Origin: a virus
Lineage: Duplodnaviria > Heunggongvirae > Uroviricota > Caudoviricetes
Length of the DNA stretch: 13,662 nucleotides
Virus record (IMG/VR): IMGVR_UViG_2617271086_000006
Direction: 5' to 3' (one strand)
Shown: positions 1 to 7,387 of the stretch, piece after piece
How the letters are laid out: the number at the start of each line of letters is the position of its first letter
Numbering within the stretch: the stretch's first letter is position 1
The notes under the pieces: generated by a model
Database searches by the model: none
What the model was told of the DNA's origin: nothing
What the model saw: only the letters and a program-made list of their open reading frames with translations
Program-made: the position numbers and the translations under genes

Positions 1-319
1 TTGCCTCCCCCCCGTTGATGGGTAAAATAGCCGCAATTTTTCGTTTTCAACAAGCGCGGCGCGATGCCGCTTACTCAAGAAGAAAGAATTATGACGTTGT
101 CTCCTTATTTGCAAGAGGTGGCGAAGCGCCGCACTTTTGCCATTATTTCTCACCCCAATAATTAAGCCTAAATTAAAGCTCTTTTACTCTTTCAAAATCC
201 TTTCAGTTAATTGAGGTTGAGCAATATAACTCATTTAAATACATTTAGTTATGTGGCTTCTTTAATTGAAAATTCTTTCATGTAACTTTAAATCGATCTG
301 CTTGCTTTCATCAAAAATC

Positions 320-376
320 TGTACATATGCTTGTACATAATGTACAAAGCAGCAGAGGTGTTTTGCGATTTGTACA
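320..376. repeat. Cluster of four TGTACA hexamers upstream of int, including the perfect 15-bp palindrome TGTACATAATGTACA (332-346)
   Basis: Read directly: TGTACA at 320-325, 332-337, 341-346 and 371-376, ending 10 nt before the int start codon. Candidate protein-binding sites, function unknown. Confidence 0.35.
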
Positions 377-385
377 AGGTGAGTA

Positions 386-1609
386 ATGGCGCTGTCTGAT
401 GCGTGGTTGCGTTCAGTCGTTGGAAAGGAACGTGATAAGGTTTTGGTTAAATCCGATCGTGATGGTCTGTCTGTCAGAGTATCACCGAAAGGTCGCGTAG
501 TGTTCCAATATCGTTATCAATGGGCAGGGAAAGGTGAGCGTCTTGATATCGGAACTTACCCGGCAACTGGATTAAAAGAGGCCAGAGAAGAAGTTATCCG
601 TCTCCGTGGTGAACTCGAGTCAAACCGTAATCCACGATTGGTCAAGCAGGCTGAAAAACGAAAAGCTACTGAAGCCATGACGGTAGAGTCTGTGATCCGT
701 GCCTGGTATGAAGCATATTGTGTAAAAAATAAAAAAGGCTCTGAACAGATACTCCGCTCGTTTGAGCTGCACCTGTTCTCTAAAATCGGGAATATCCCTC
801 ACGATGCAGCTACATTGCATGATTGGTTAGAAGTCCTGGAGCCTCTTAGCACTAAGACTCCAGCAATAGCAGACCGATTGCTAATTAACGCAAAGCAGGC
901 CCATGTCTGGGCGTATAAGAGAAAGCTCATTGAAACTCGCCCGCTGTCGGATATCACGGGTAAAGATATGGATATCCGTAAAGGTCAGAAGAAACGGTTT
1001 CTGACACATGATGAAATTAAAATCCTTTATGCTGCGATCGATGGTTCTCGAATGGTTCCTAAATACCGGGCCTTCATTAAACTATTGCTGCATTTTGGCT
1101 GCCGTAGTTCAGAGCTAATTACCGCCAGGGTGGACGATTTTGATTTCATTAATAAAGTATGGACTGTACCACCAGAACGACATAAGACTGGGGAGATAAC
1201 GGGCGAACCGCTAAAACGGCCCATTATTGAACCGGTTGAAGAGCTTATAAAGTACGCTATTTCTATGAACAATGGTTCCGATATGCTTTTTACTAAGGAA
1301 GGAAGCAGGGAACCCGTTGGTCGGACATCATTGCAGTCGCTGCCTTACAATTTAATGCAGTATGCATGGCGGCGTTTGGGGTATCAATTCCCTCATTGGT
1401 CTCTGCATGATTTGAGGCGAACAGCACGAACAAACTTTTCTGATCTTACTGCGCCTCATATCGCAGAAATAATGCTCGGTCATAAACTGCCGGGGGTATG
1501 GCAAGTTTATGACAAGAGTGATTATTTAGAAGAACAGCGTAAAGCCTACCAGGCATGGTGGGAGAGAGTTGAATCGATTGTTACTTGTTCTGGTTCAGAC
1601 ACCAACTGA
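386..1609 (+). CDS. int: Tyrosine site-specific integrase (phage integrase family, P4-like)
   Basis: 407-aa ORF. Catalytic-domain signatures GCRSSEL (box I Arg), HDLRRTART (His-x-x-Arg) and a C-terminal Tyr region (VWQVYDKSDY). N-terminal region resembles the arm-binding domain. GGTGAG Shine-Dalgarno-like sequence 4-5 nt upstream of ATG 386. Confidence 0.9.
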   Translation: MALSDAWLRSVVGKERDKVLVKSDRDGLSVRVSPKGRVVFQYRYQWAGKGERLDIGTYPATGLKEAREEVIRLRGELESNRNPRLVKQAEKRKATEAMTVESVIRAWYEAYCVKNKKGSEQILRSFELHLFSKIGNIPHDAATLHDWLEVLEPLSTKTPAIADRLLINAKQAHVWAYKRKLIETRPLSDITGKDMDIRKGQKKRFLTHDEIKILYAAIDGSRMVPKYRAFIKLLLHFGCRSSELITARVDDFDFINKVWTVPPERHKTGEITGEPLKRPIIEPVEELIKYAISMNNGSDMLFTKEGSREPVGRTSLQSLPYNLMQYAWRRLGYQFPHWSLHDLRRTARTNFSDLTAPHIAEIMLGHKLPGVWQVYDKSDYLEEQRKAYQAWWERVESIVTCSGSDTN

Positions 1610-1781
1610 CAGTTTGCATATTTTGAACGCAATAAAATATGACAGTCCGCTTTGAGCGAGGAGCGGATATATGATGTTTAGAAAACGCGCGATTTGCAGT
1701 TAAGCAATCTAAGTTACTGATGTACTATACTGGAACTGCTGGCCAGTTTGTGTTGAACACCATCATTATCACAATAAGGAA

Positions 1782-3035
1782 ATGAAAGTCGAAATGAATA
1801 CTAAACTTTTGGCCTATTTAAACAATGAGTTACATGGAGTGTGGATAGATAGTGAAAATCGTAATATCCACATAATACTTAAATCAAGCCTTCCTATAAT
1901 TAAATCCGTCTGGTCAGGAGCACCTATCCACTTTTTGGTAGGTTTATCTACTAAAAATATACTAGTGATTGGGATGTTGATTGAAGATAATGTCGATAAT
2001 CCATTTTTACTAGCCTATCCACCAAGAGAGGCAGATGAAATTAAAGGGCTGGATTTGTTATTGTCAGGCGCTTATGATGGTATTCTATTATCATTTTTTG
2101 ACTCGCATACAATGCGTGTTATGGACCTGAAAATAAAAGTTTCGGAAAATTTACCGTGTGAATGTTTAAAAAAATTTTGTGCTAATTCATATTCTCTCAA
2201 TTCAGGATTTAGGGAAGGTAATGAAGCAATGGATGAATTCTGCAACAATGCTTTGACTGGTAACGAGAAAATAATTAGTCTGCCACTAAGTGTAATCGAT
2301 AAAAAATCTTACCTAGCAAGTGTTCATGAACCAAACGATACCGTATTAACATATGAATTTAGCGTCAGTGAAAACGGCTCTGAGGGATATGAGCAGGAAG
2401 CTCTTATATACCATGCTTTGCGGCAGGTCTTTTCACCGGAGGAAGTGTTTTTTTCTCCAGATATTATTGAGGGTAATAAAAAAAGAGAACTAGTTGATAT
2501 TCTTATTGTAGAAAATGACTATGTATTATCTATACAGTCTAAAGCATCATCTTTGATTGAAATGGGTTTAAAATCTCATGAAAAGCTTTGTAGCATGTAT
2601 AAGAAAAAAGCATTGCAAGGGATCGATCAGGTTAAAGGCGTTATCCCAATTCTAAATAATGATGTGGTTATTAATTATGACGGGAGGGAATGCTTAATAA
2701 AGCGCAGAAAGGGTATTTATCATTTAGTGATAATCTCAGATCTTGTTTTAGAGAAAGAAGGTGCTGAAAAGATTTATAACGAAATTAGCAACCTTAAAGA
2801 GTCAAAAGGGGCGAAAGTTTTAGTTATGAGCCTTGAAGGTCTTGTAAATTTTATAAGACTATCAAGATTAAATAAAAGAATGTTTTGGGCAATGCTGGAG
2901 ACTAAATACAAGTTCAGCATAAAAAACCGTACAATTTTAATTAGAGATATCGACTCTAGCCAAGAGAATAATCTACCATTACTTGCCACTGATCAATACC
3001 TATCACTTCTTCGAGGTACGGGAAAATTAAAATAA
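1782..3035 (+). CDS. AT-rich cargo (moron) protein of unknown function with a putative PD-(D/E)xK nuclease-like core; candidate defence or abortive-infection protein
   Basis: 417-aa ORF, visibly AT-rich compared with the roughly 50% GC flanks. Residues about 201-254 show helix EGYEQEALIYHALRQ, then strand ELVDILIV (Asp), then strand YVLSIQSK (Q-x-K), i.e. a D-x12-QxK arrangement as in Mrr/NERD-type PD-(D/E)xK folds. Start may be ATG 1782 or the in-frame ATG 1794. No confident family assignment. Confidence 0.7.
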   Translation: MKVEMNTKLLAYLNNELHGVWIDSENRNIHIILKSSLPIIKSVWSGAPIHFLVGLSTKNILVIGMLIEDNVDNPFLLAYPPREADEIKGLDLLLSGAYDGILLSFFDSHTMRVMDLKIKVSENLPCECLKKFCANSYSLNSGFREGNEAMDEFCNNALTGNEKIISLPLSVIDKKSYLASVHEPNDTVLTYEFSVSENGSEGYEQEALIYHALRQVFSPEEVFFSPDIIEGNKKRELVDILIVENDYVLSIQSKASSLIEMGLKSHEKLCSMYKKKALQGIDQVKGVIPILNNDVVINYDGRECLIKRRKGIYHLVIISDLVLEKEGAEKIYNEISNLKESKGAKVLVMSLEGLVNFIRLSRLNKRMFWAMLETKYKFSIKNRTILIRDIDSSQENNLPLLATDQYLSLLRGTGKLK

Positions 3036-3220
3036 ATTGTATCAATGATACTGTTGCCACGTATCGAGACTGGCTTATGAACGGAAGGGTTTTCCAGCAG
3101 TTCAGCGACCGGAGCTGCACATCGATGCCGGATTGTGCCTGCAATTATGTACTTGGCTAAGAGGTGCTGCTGGCTCTGGATAGAATAACCCTAACGTCCA
3201 AAGAGCGCGCATTTTCATGT

Positions 3221-3262
3221 AAAAAAATAAATAGCTTGTCTGCTCTTGATACAGAGCAGACA
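3221..3262 (-). terminator. Rho-independent terminator candidate ending the leftward early operon
   Basis: Inverted repeat TGTCTGCTC (3237-3245) / GAGCAGACA (3254-3262) with an 8-nt loop. On the minus strand the stem is followed by AGCUAUUUAUUUUUUU (plus-strand A-run 3221-3233). Confidence 0.5.
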
Positions 3263-3320
3263 GTCAGATCTGTTTGGCTTGTGCCATAGATGTGCCAGCT
3301 CACATTTGAGCTAATGTTTG

Positions 3321-3515
3321 TTACTCAATTACTCCTGCAAACCTGTATATCTTACGTGATGCCCATTTATTTGGGCAGGATTTAATATCAGGATCTGGAA
3401 AATCAGGCCGATATTTCTGACCAGTCCTCCGGTTTACACTGTTCCAGCGAAGCACCGTCGATATTGAAACGCCACAGAATTCGGCGACTTGTTTTGTTGT
3501 CATTAAGTTGTTCAT
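3321..3515 (-). CDS. AlpA/excisionase-like small HTH DNA-binding protein (putative Xis/regulator)
   Basis: Trimmed to the internal Met (MNNLMTTKQVAEFCGVSISTVLRW...), giving 64 aa. Its start codon overlaps the upstream gene's stop as ATGA (3512-3515). HTH-like segment followed by an FPDP motif, as in AlpA/HTH_17 proteins. Last gene of the leftward operon, the usual xis position. Confidence 0.55.
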   Translation of the reverse strand: MNNLMTTKQVAEFCGVSISTVLRWNSVNRRTGQKYRPDFPDPDIKSCPNKWASRKIYRFAGVIE

Positions 3516-3859
3516 TGTTGACCCTCCTGTGGTTGTGCAGTTGAAAGACTCATGCCCGCGCGTTGTTGCCAGACGACCCAGCCGAGAGCCATATCCCACG
3601 CCATGTACTCGTTATCACCGTTTTTTGCTCTCCGACGATCGACTGTTTTACCGAAACGCTTTTCCATAAATAATTCATAGGCTGCGCGTTCATCTGGCTC
3701 AACTTCCAGAGATGCCAGTGCAATCCGTGCCAGTTCTAAATCATCTTCAAGCTCAGCGCGAATCTCAGCGAATGCACTCTGTGTTAAGGCGAACTCAATG
3801 CTCTGCACTTTATTCCGTGCGCGCTCAAGCAGTGCATGGTAGTTAATTTCGGTTGTCAT
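3512..3859 (-). CDS. Hypothetical early-operon protein (115 aa)
   Basis: ORF with ATGA overlaps at both ends (3856-3859 and 3512-3515). GAGG/AGGGG Shine-Dalgarno-like sequence upstream. Acidic, helical-looking sequence with no recognised motif. Confidence 0.7.
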   Translation of the reverse strand: MTTEINYHALLERARNKVQSIEFALTQSAFAEIRAELEDDLELARIALASLEVEPDERAAYELFMEKRFGKTVDRRRAKNGDNEYMAWDMALGWVVWQQRAGMSLSTAQPQEGQQ

Positions 3860-4734
3860 ACCCCTACCTCTTCGAATTTCAATACCAATTGATCACCCCA
3901 GATTTCACATGACTCTGAACACGAGCCGGTATCGAATCGCCTGGCCTGTACCATCGCCTGATACAAATTTCTGTAGTCGCTGTTGGCAGACATTCTGGCA
4001 ATTCCGTCAAGCGTCAGGTGACCACGGTACATAACGTCTTTACCTGTTCTGCGATGACCATCCCTGACGTGTTTGCCTGTAACCAGCTCATTAAAAACTC
4101 GCATCAGACCAGGTTCGTCTTTACATGCAAGCCCCAGCTTTTGCGTTGACTTTTTGATGCAGAAAACACAGTTCCCGAGATGCTCCGGGATTTGCAAATC
4201 AAAAGGTTGTTTTCGCCACCACCGGATAACATCCGACTTATCAAAATCTGACAGTTCGGCAAGATACCGGACGCCCGATTTCGGTTTCAGCCTACGGGGT
4301 TCGTCTGCACGAATACCCAGCCATGTGATGTAATTACCTCGCCCGAAATGGTTATCGCAGTATTTCGTGAAAGGGATGAGTTTTAGCCTGTCAGTACAGA
4401 ACGCGCCGCCGATGTATGGCGTGCCGTACTTTTTAACCATGTCCATAAACGGTTTAAGTACCGGCATTCGCGTCTGAATATCCTTTGGCTCCCATTCTGT
4501 ATAACCATTTGGCTGCCCAAGCTCAGGATTGATATCGACCTGCAACACAGTTAGTGGTATGCCCCAGAACTTCACAACCTCCCGAATAAAGCGGTATGTC
4601 AGCGGATGTTCGCAACCGGTATCCATAAAGATGTAGCAGACGTTATTGCCAGCCTTTCTTTGTTCTTCCATCAGGTGAACAAGATATGCAGATGTTCTCC
4701 CGCCGGAAAAACTAACTACATGAGTTATGCACAT
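3856..4734 (-). CDS. Phosphoadenosine phosphosulfate (PAPS) reductase family protein (PP-loop ATP pyrophosphatase superfamily)
   Basis: 292-aa ORF. N-terminal PP-loop motif VVSFSGGRTS (SGGxxS). GGAG Shine-Dalgarno-like sequence 9 nt upstream. Start overlaps the upstream gene's stop by 10 nt. Confidence 0.85.
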   Translation of the reverse strand: MCITHVVSFSGGRTSAYLVHLMEEQRKAGNNVCYIFMDTGCEHPLTYRFIREVVKFWGIPLTVLQVDINPELGQPNGYTEWEPKDIQTRMPVLKPFMDMVKKYGTPYIGGAFCTDRLKLIPFTKYCDNHFGRGNYITWLGIRADEPRRLKPKSGVRYLAELSDFDKSDVIRWWRKQPFDLQIPEHLGNCVFCIKKSTQKLGLACKDEPGLMRVFNELVTGKHVRDGHRRTGKDVMYRGHLTLDGIARMSANSDYRNLYQAMVQARRFDTGSCSESCEIWGDQLVLKFEEVGV

Positions 4735-5261
4735 TTGCGTAACTCCGATAACTCGTTAAAACGTTCCATAAACATCCCGTAGGCATGTCCTGGTGCCAGT
4801 GGAATCACTTTGAACATCTCTGTTGCCGGGATACCTTCCAGTACAGGCCAGAAAGAGCCATCATCAAGCCCGAGATCGCGGCGTTCGGTTGCCAGCATAA
4901 TGAGATCGGCATATTTCACTGGCGTGCTCATAACAGGAGGTAACCCGTATTTCTCACGGATTACGGCGTCTATTTTTTCTTCCATCTGTTTATAGTCAGG
5001 AAGAAGGCGTTTCAGTGGCGCGGGGATGTCCTGACAATACGCTTCTGTTGCATCATGCATTAACGCTTCAAAAGCAAACTCCTCCGGAACCAGTTTGCTG
5101 CAAAGCACCGCATGTTGGGCGACGCTGTAGAAGTGTGAAAGATGACCGGCAAAGCGACAGATATTTGAAAGGGAAACTGCGATATCGTTAATCACGATGT
5201 CGTCTTTATTTATCCTGTCATAATAAAAATGCTTCCCGGAAAAAGTTTTAATAAATGACAT
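4725..5261 (-). CDS. yfdR: HD-domain phosphohydrolase, YfdR-like
   Basis: Trimmed to the internal Met (MSFIKTFSGKHFYYD...), giving 178 aa, which matches the length I recall for E. coli CPS-53 YfdR. HD signature (H...ALMHDATEAY). GTGGAG Shine-Dalgarno-like sequence 7 nt upstream of ATG 5261. Confidence 0.85.
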   Translation of the reverse strand: MSFIKTFSGKHFYYDRINKDDIVINDIAVSLSNICRFAGHLSHFYSVAQHAVLCSKLVPEEFAFEALMHDATEAYCQDIPAPLKRLLPDYKQMEEKIDAVIREKYGLPPVMSTPVKYADLIMLATERRDLGLDDGSFWPVLEGIPATEMFKVIPLAPGHAYGMFMERFNELSELRKCA

Positions 5262-5355
5262 TTTGTTCTCCACTTTATATGCGCTGCACCGCGCTGAATT
5301 TTGGTTAAAGAAAACCCTCGCCATCAGGCGATTATTGAGTTAATTACGTTTCCAT

Positions 5356-5377
5356 AAATGCCCCCGCAGGGGCATTT
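5356..5377. other. GC-rich hairpin between the YfdQ-like and YfdR-like genes
   Basis: AAATGCCCC (5356-5364) / GGGGCATTT (5369-5377), 9-bp stem with a CGCA loop. No clean U-tract on either strand, so not called a terminator. Confidence 0.4.
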
Positions 5378-5389
5378 GCAGTAATGAAA

Positions 5390-6214
5390 TCAGGCGGTGA
5401 AAGTACCAATAAAGGTTTCTACTTTGCTGTCTTTGAATTTTTCAACAAGCAGATCACGAAATTCGTTAGCCATTTCTTCCTGCACTGCTTCCAGCTGAAT
5501 AATGCGCAGAACCAGTACAGGGCGATCACCAGTGATAATGCTGAGGCGTAATTTAAACGGACGTTCTTTCAGGCCTTCAAACGGAACGCATTTAAACTCA
5601 AATGCTACTGGCATAATGTCTTTGGTTTTCGCTTCGACAGACTCCATCAGAGAGCGTTTGCCGCTGAAGTCATTGTCTTCAAAATCAGCGGTCTGGTTTG
5701 CTTCAATCGTGATTTTACGGACCGCCGCAGCCGCTTTTGTTGCCTGAATGGCGTCACCATTAGCATCAAAGCCCACAAGGTAGTCGGCCCAGTCTTCAAT
5801 CCATTCTGCCAGTGACTTCTGGGAGTTACGCTCGCCGTTAACAGACAACAGGGCAGAGAACGGTGCTGTCTTTTTCAGTTTGAGAGTGGCGGTGTTATCT
5901 GCGTGACCTGGTTCATCAATAGTACCCAGGTTAAGCACACTGACGGCTCGCATATTATCAGCATCGATAAAGCAGCGGGTGCCTTCATCTGCAAGATCTT
6001 TAGAATAACGGGTAAAGTCATCGATGCTGGCAGTGGAAAGCGCACCACGGAAACGGAAGCGATTTAAATTAAATTTTTCCAGATCATGAATGCGGAAATT
6101 CTCAGGCAATGCCACAGCATCGGCACCAATCTTACTGATAATTTCATTAACACCCTGAGCAGAAATAAGGGCATGGATTTGATTAATTGCGGTTGCGTCT
6201 AAGTTCTGAGACAT
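5390..6214 (-). CDS. yfdQ: YfdQ-like protein (DUF2303 family)
   Basis: 274-aa ORF, the same length I recall for CPS-53 YfdQ, in the conserved position between YfdP-like and YfdR-like genes. GAGGA Shine-Dalgarno-like sequence about 7 nt upstream of ATG 6214. Confidence 0.85.
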   Translation of the reverse strand: MSQNLDATAINQIHALISAQGVNEIISKIGADAVALPENFRIHDLEKFNLNRFRFRGALSTASIDDFTRYSKDLADEGTRCFIDADNMRAVSVLNLGTIDEPGHADNTATLKLKKTAPFSALLSVNGERNSQKSLAEWIEDWADYLVGFDANGDAIQATKAAAAVRKITIEANQTADFEDNDFSGKRSLMESVEAKTKDIMPVAFEFKCVPFEGLKERPFKLRLSIITGDRPVLVLRIIQLEAVQEEMANEFRDLLVEKFKDSKVETFIGTFTA

Positions 6215-6279
6215 AATAAGTCCTCACTATATAAAGATATTCAGTGATGAGATAAATAATCAGTTTATTAAAAACGATA

Positions 6280-6642
6280 TTAACGACCTGCTGCGCGGAG
6301 TTTTCCGTCAGGTTCACCGGCAAGAGTCAGTAATTGTCCTTGGTCTTCCTGCAGAATAGTCAGGCGACCACCGCGATTGACATACATCGGCGTTTCGGTG
6401 GTGTCTTCTTCGGAAATTTTCCCGCGGTTAGTCGGGCGAACATATGAGAGTTTGTGTTTGATTTTTACACGGTTCTCATCAAACGGTTCGATTTCCAGGT
6501 TGAGCGAGACCTTACCTTTGGTTTTCGTGTTCATCACACCGGAAGCGACTTCACTGAGAACAGCGCCGATTTTGGTTTCAAATACGCCGCCGTCCAGCTC
6601 CCCGATAAATGCCTGCACATCAGTACTGCGTTCGCTAGCCAT
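6280..6642 (-). CDS. YfdP-like small protein (120 aa), first gene of the leftward operon
   Basis: The track ORF (182 aa, TTG-initiated) is trimmed to the internal ATG at 6642 (MASERSTDVQ...), which is preceded by GAGGAG at 8 nt. Resulting length 120 aa. Confidence 0.8.
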   Translation of the reverse strand: MASERSTDVQAFIGELDGGVFETKIGAVLSEVASGVMNTKTKGKVSLNLEIEPFDENRVKIKHKLSYVRPTNRGKISEEDTTETPMYVNRGGRLTILQEDQGQLLTLAGEPDGKLRAAGR

Positions 6643-6779
6643 TTTGCTGCTCCTCATCATATCGACCCCGCAAGGTCGGTTGGTTTCTCCACAAAACAGA
6701 GAAGAACACCAGCGGTGGCAGCCGCCCGGATGGATTGGGTTATGAGCCCGTCGTCCGGTGATGCCCTTCTCTGTTTTGT

Positions 6780-6825
6780 AAAAAGAGCGGTACCAGCCGG
6801 AAGCAAGTGTACAAACTGGTACCGC
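6780..6825 (-). terminator. Stem-loop plus U-tract in the PL leader (tL-like terminator candidate)
   Basis: Perfect 10-bp inverted repeat GCGGTACCAG (6787-6796) / CTGGTACCGC (6816-6825) with a 19-nt loop containing TGTACA. On the minus strand it is followed by UCUUUUUACAAAAC, which also resembles a boxA motif (CGCTCTTTTTA). Confidence 0.4.
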
Positions 6826-7320
6826 CAAAGCAGTGGCTGTTGTGGTGACCGGTGCTGATCTCCGGCTTGCGGTTATTTCAGACTCTCACGGGCGTTTAAT
6901 TGCCCCGCCGAACAGCTCTTTTCCGCAATAGCTGCAATGTCTTTCGCGCATCAGCCTGCGCATTCACCACAACGCTGAGAGCATTGCCGGTGTCCGAATC
7001 GAACGGACCTTTTCCCTGCCCAACCCTCCCATCTGAATGGGACTGTCTGGAATTGAACCAGCACTTATGCCTTGCTCGTCAATGCTCTCATCGTTGCGTC
7101 CTGGTCTCTTCCCAAGCGTCAAACCGAATCGCCACGCTGGTTAGGCGTCTTATCAGCATCCTCATTGACTTGCACATTCCGGCTACCTGGTTTGTTTGCC
7201 CGAGCAAGGAGTGGATTATCCCCTTTAACGTCCCCAGACCGCTAACGACGCATGTGCCATACGCCGTGTTACAACCAAATTTTGTTTGAATCTTGCCTGC
7301 CTCATGTTTCTTTTGGATAC

Positions 7321-7348
7321 ATTATGTATCTCATAGGTACATTGTCAA
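7321..7348 (-). promoter_or_regulatory. Putative PL promoter with embedded operator OL
   Basis: Minus-strand -35 TTGACA (plus 7343-7348), 16-nt spacer, -10 CATAAT (plus 7321-7326). The spacer and -10 are overlapped by an operator-like site TGTATC-N5-GGTACA (7325-7341). Confidence 0.5.
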
Positions 7349-7352
7349 GTAT

Positions 7353-7375
7353 AAAAAAACCTGCCGAAGCAGGTT
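7353..7375 (-). terminator. Rho-independent terminator downstream of the cI-like gene
   Basis: Minus strand reads AACCUGC-UUCG-GCAGGUU followed by U-run (plus-strand A-run 7353-7359), 13 nt after the cI stop at 7388-7390. Confidence 0.6.
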
Positions 7376-7387
7376 CATAAATATTGA

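Noticed and set aside
320-346. LexA/SOS box at the TGTACA palindrome upstream of int
   Set aside because: The spacing does not fit CTGT-N8-ACAG; the palindrome is TGTACAT-A-ATGTACA.
620-1272. Minus-strand ORFs 620..820 and 1027..1272 inside int
   Set aside because: Antisense to a high-confidence integrase gene; short, no motifs.
2774-3144. Minus-strand ORFs 2774..2989 and 2956..3144
   Set aside because: Antisense to the cargo gene in AT-rich DNA, where stop-free frames are not expected to be informative; no ribosome-binding site.
3516-3599. N-terminal extensions of several track ORFs (3321..3599, 4725..5324, 6280..6828, 7850..8353, 10857, 11317)
   Set aside because: Internal ATGs with proper Shine-Dalgarno spacing and ATGA-type coupling give compact, non-overlapping genes; the extensions run into neighbouring genes or start at TTG/GTG without a ribosome-binding site.
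4073-5747. Plus-strand ORFs 4073..4333, 4810..4995 and 5502..5747
   Set aside because: Antisense to the PAPS-reductase-like, YfdR-like and YfdQ-like genes; Ser/Arg-rich artefact frames.
6377-6858. Plus-strand ORFs 6377..6745 and 6454..6858
   Set aside because: Antisense to the YfdP-like gene and its leader; low-complexity composition; no Shine-Dalgarno support.
6992-7061. Possible tRNA gene, based on two T-arm-like hairpins with TTCRANY loops on the minus strand
   Set aside because: No matching acceptor stem, D-arm or anticodon arm and no CCA end could be built around either hairpin. Kept only as candidate RNA structures in the leader finding.
6900-7289. Plus-strand 129-aa ORF in the PL leader region
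   Set aside because: Cys/Pro/Leu/Ser/Arg-rich composition typical of a non-coding frame, no ribosome-binding site, and it would be antisense to leftward early transcription.
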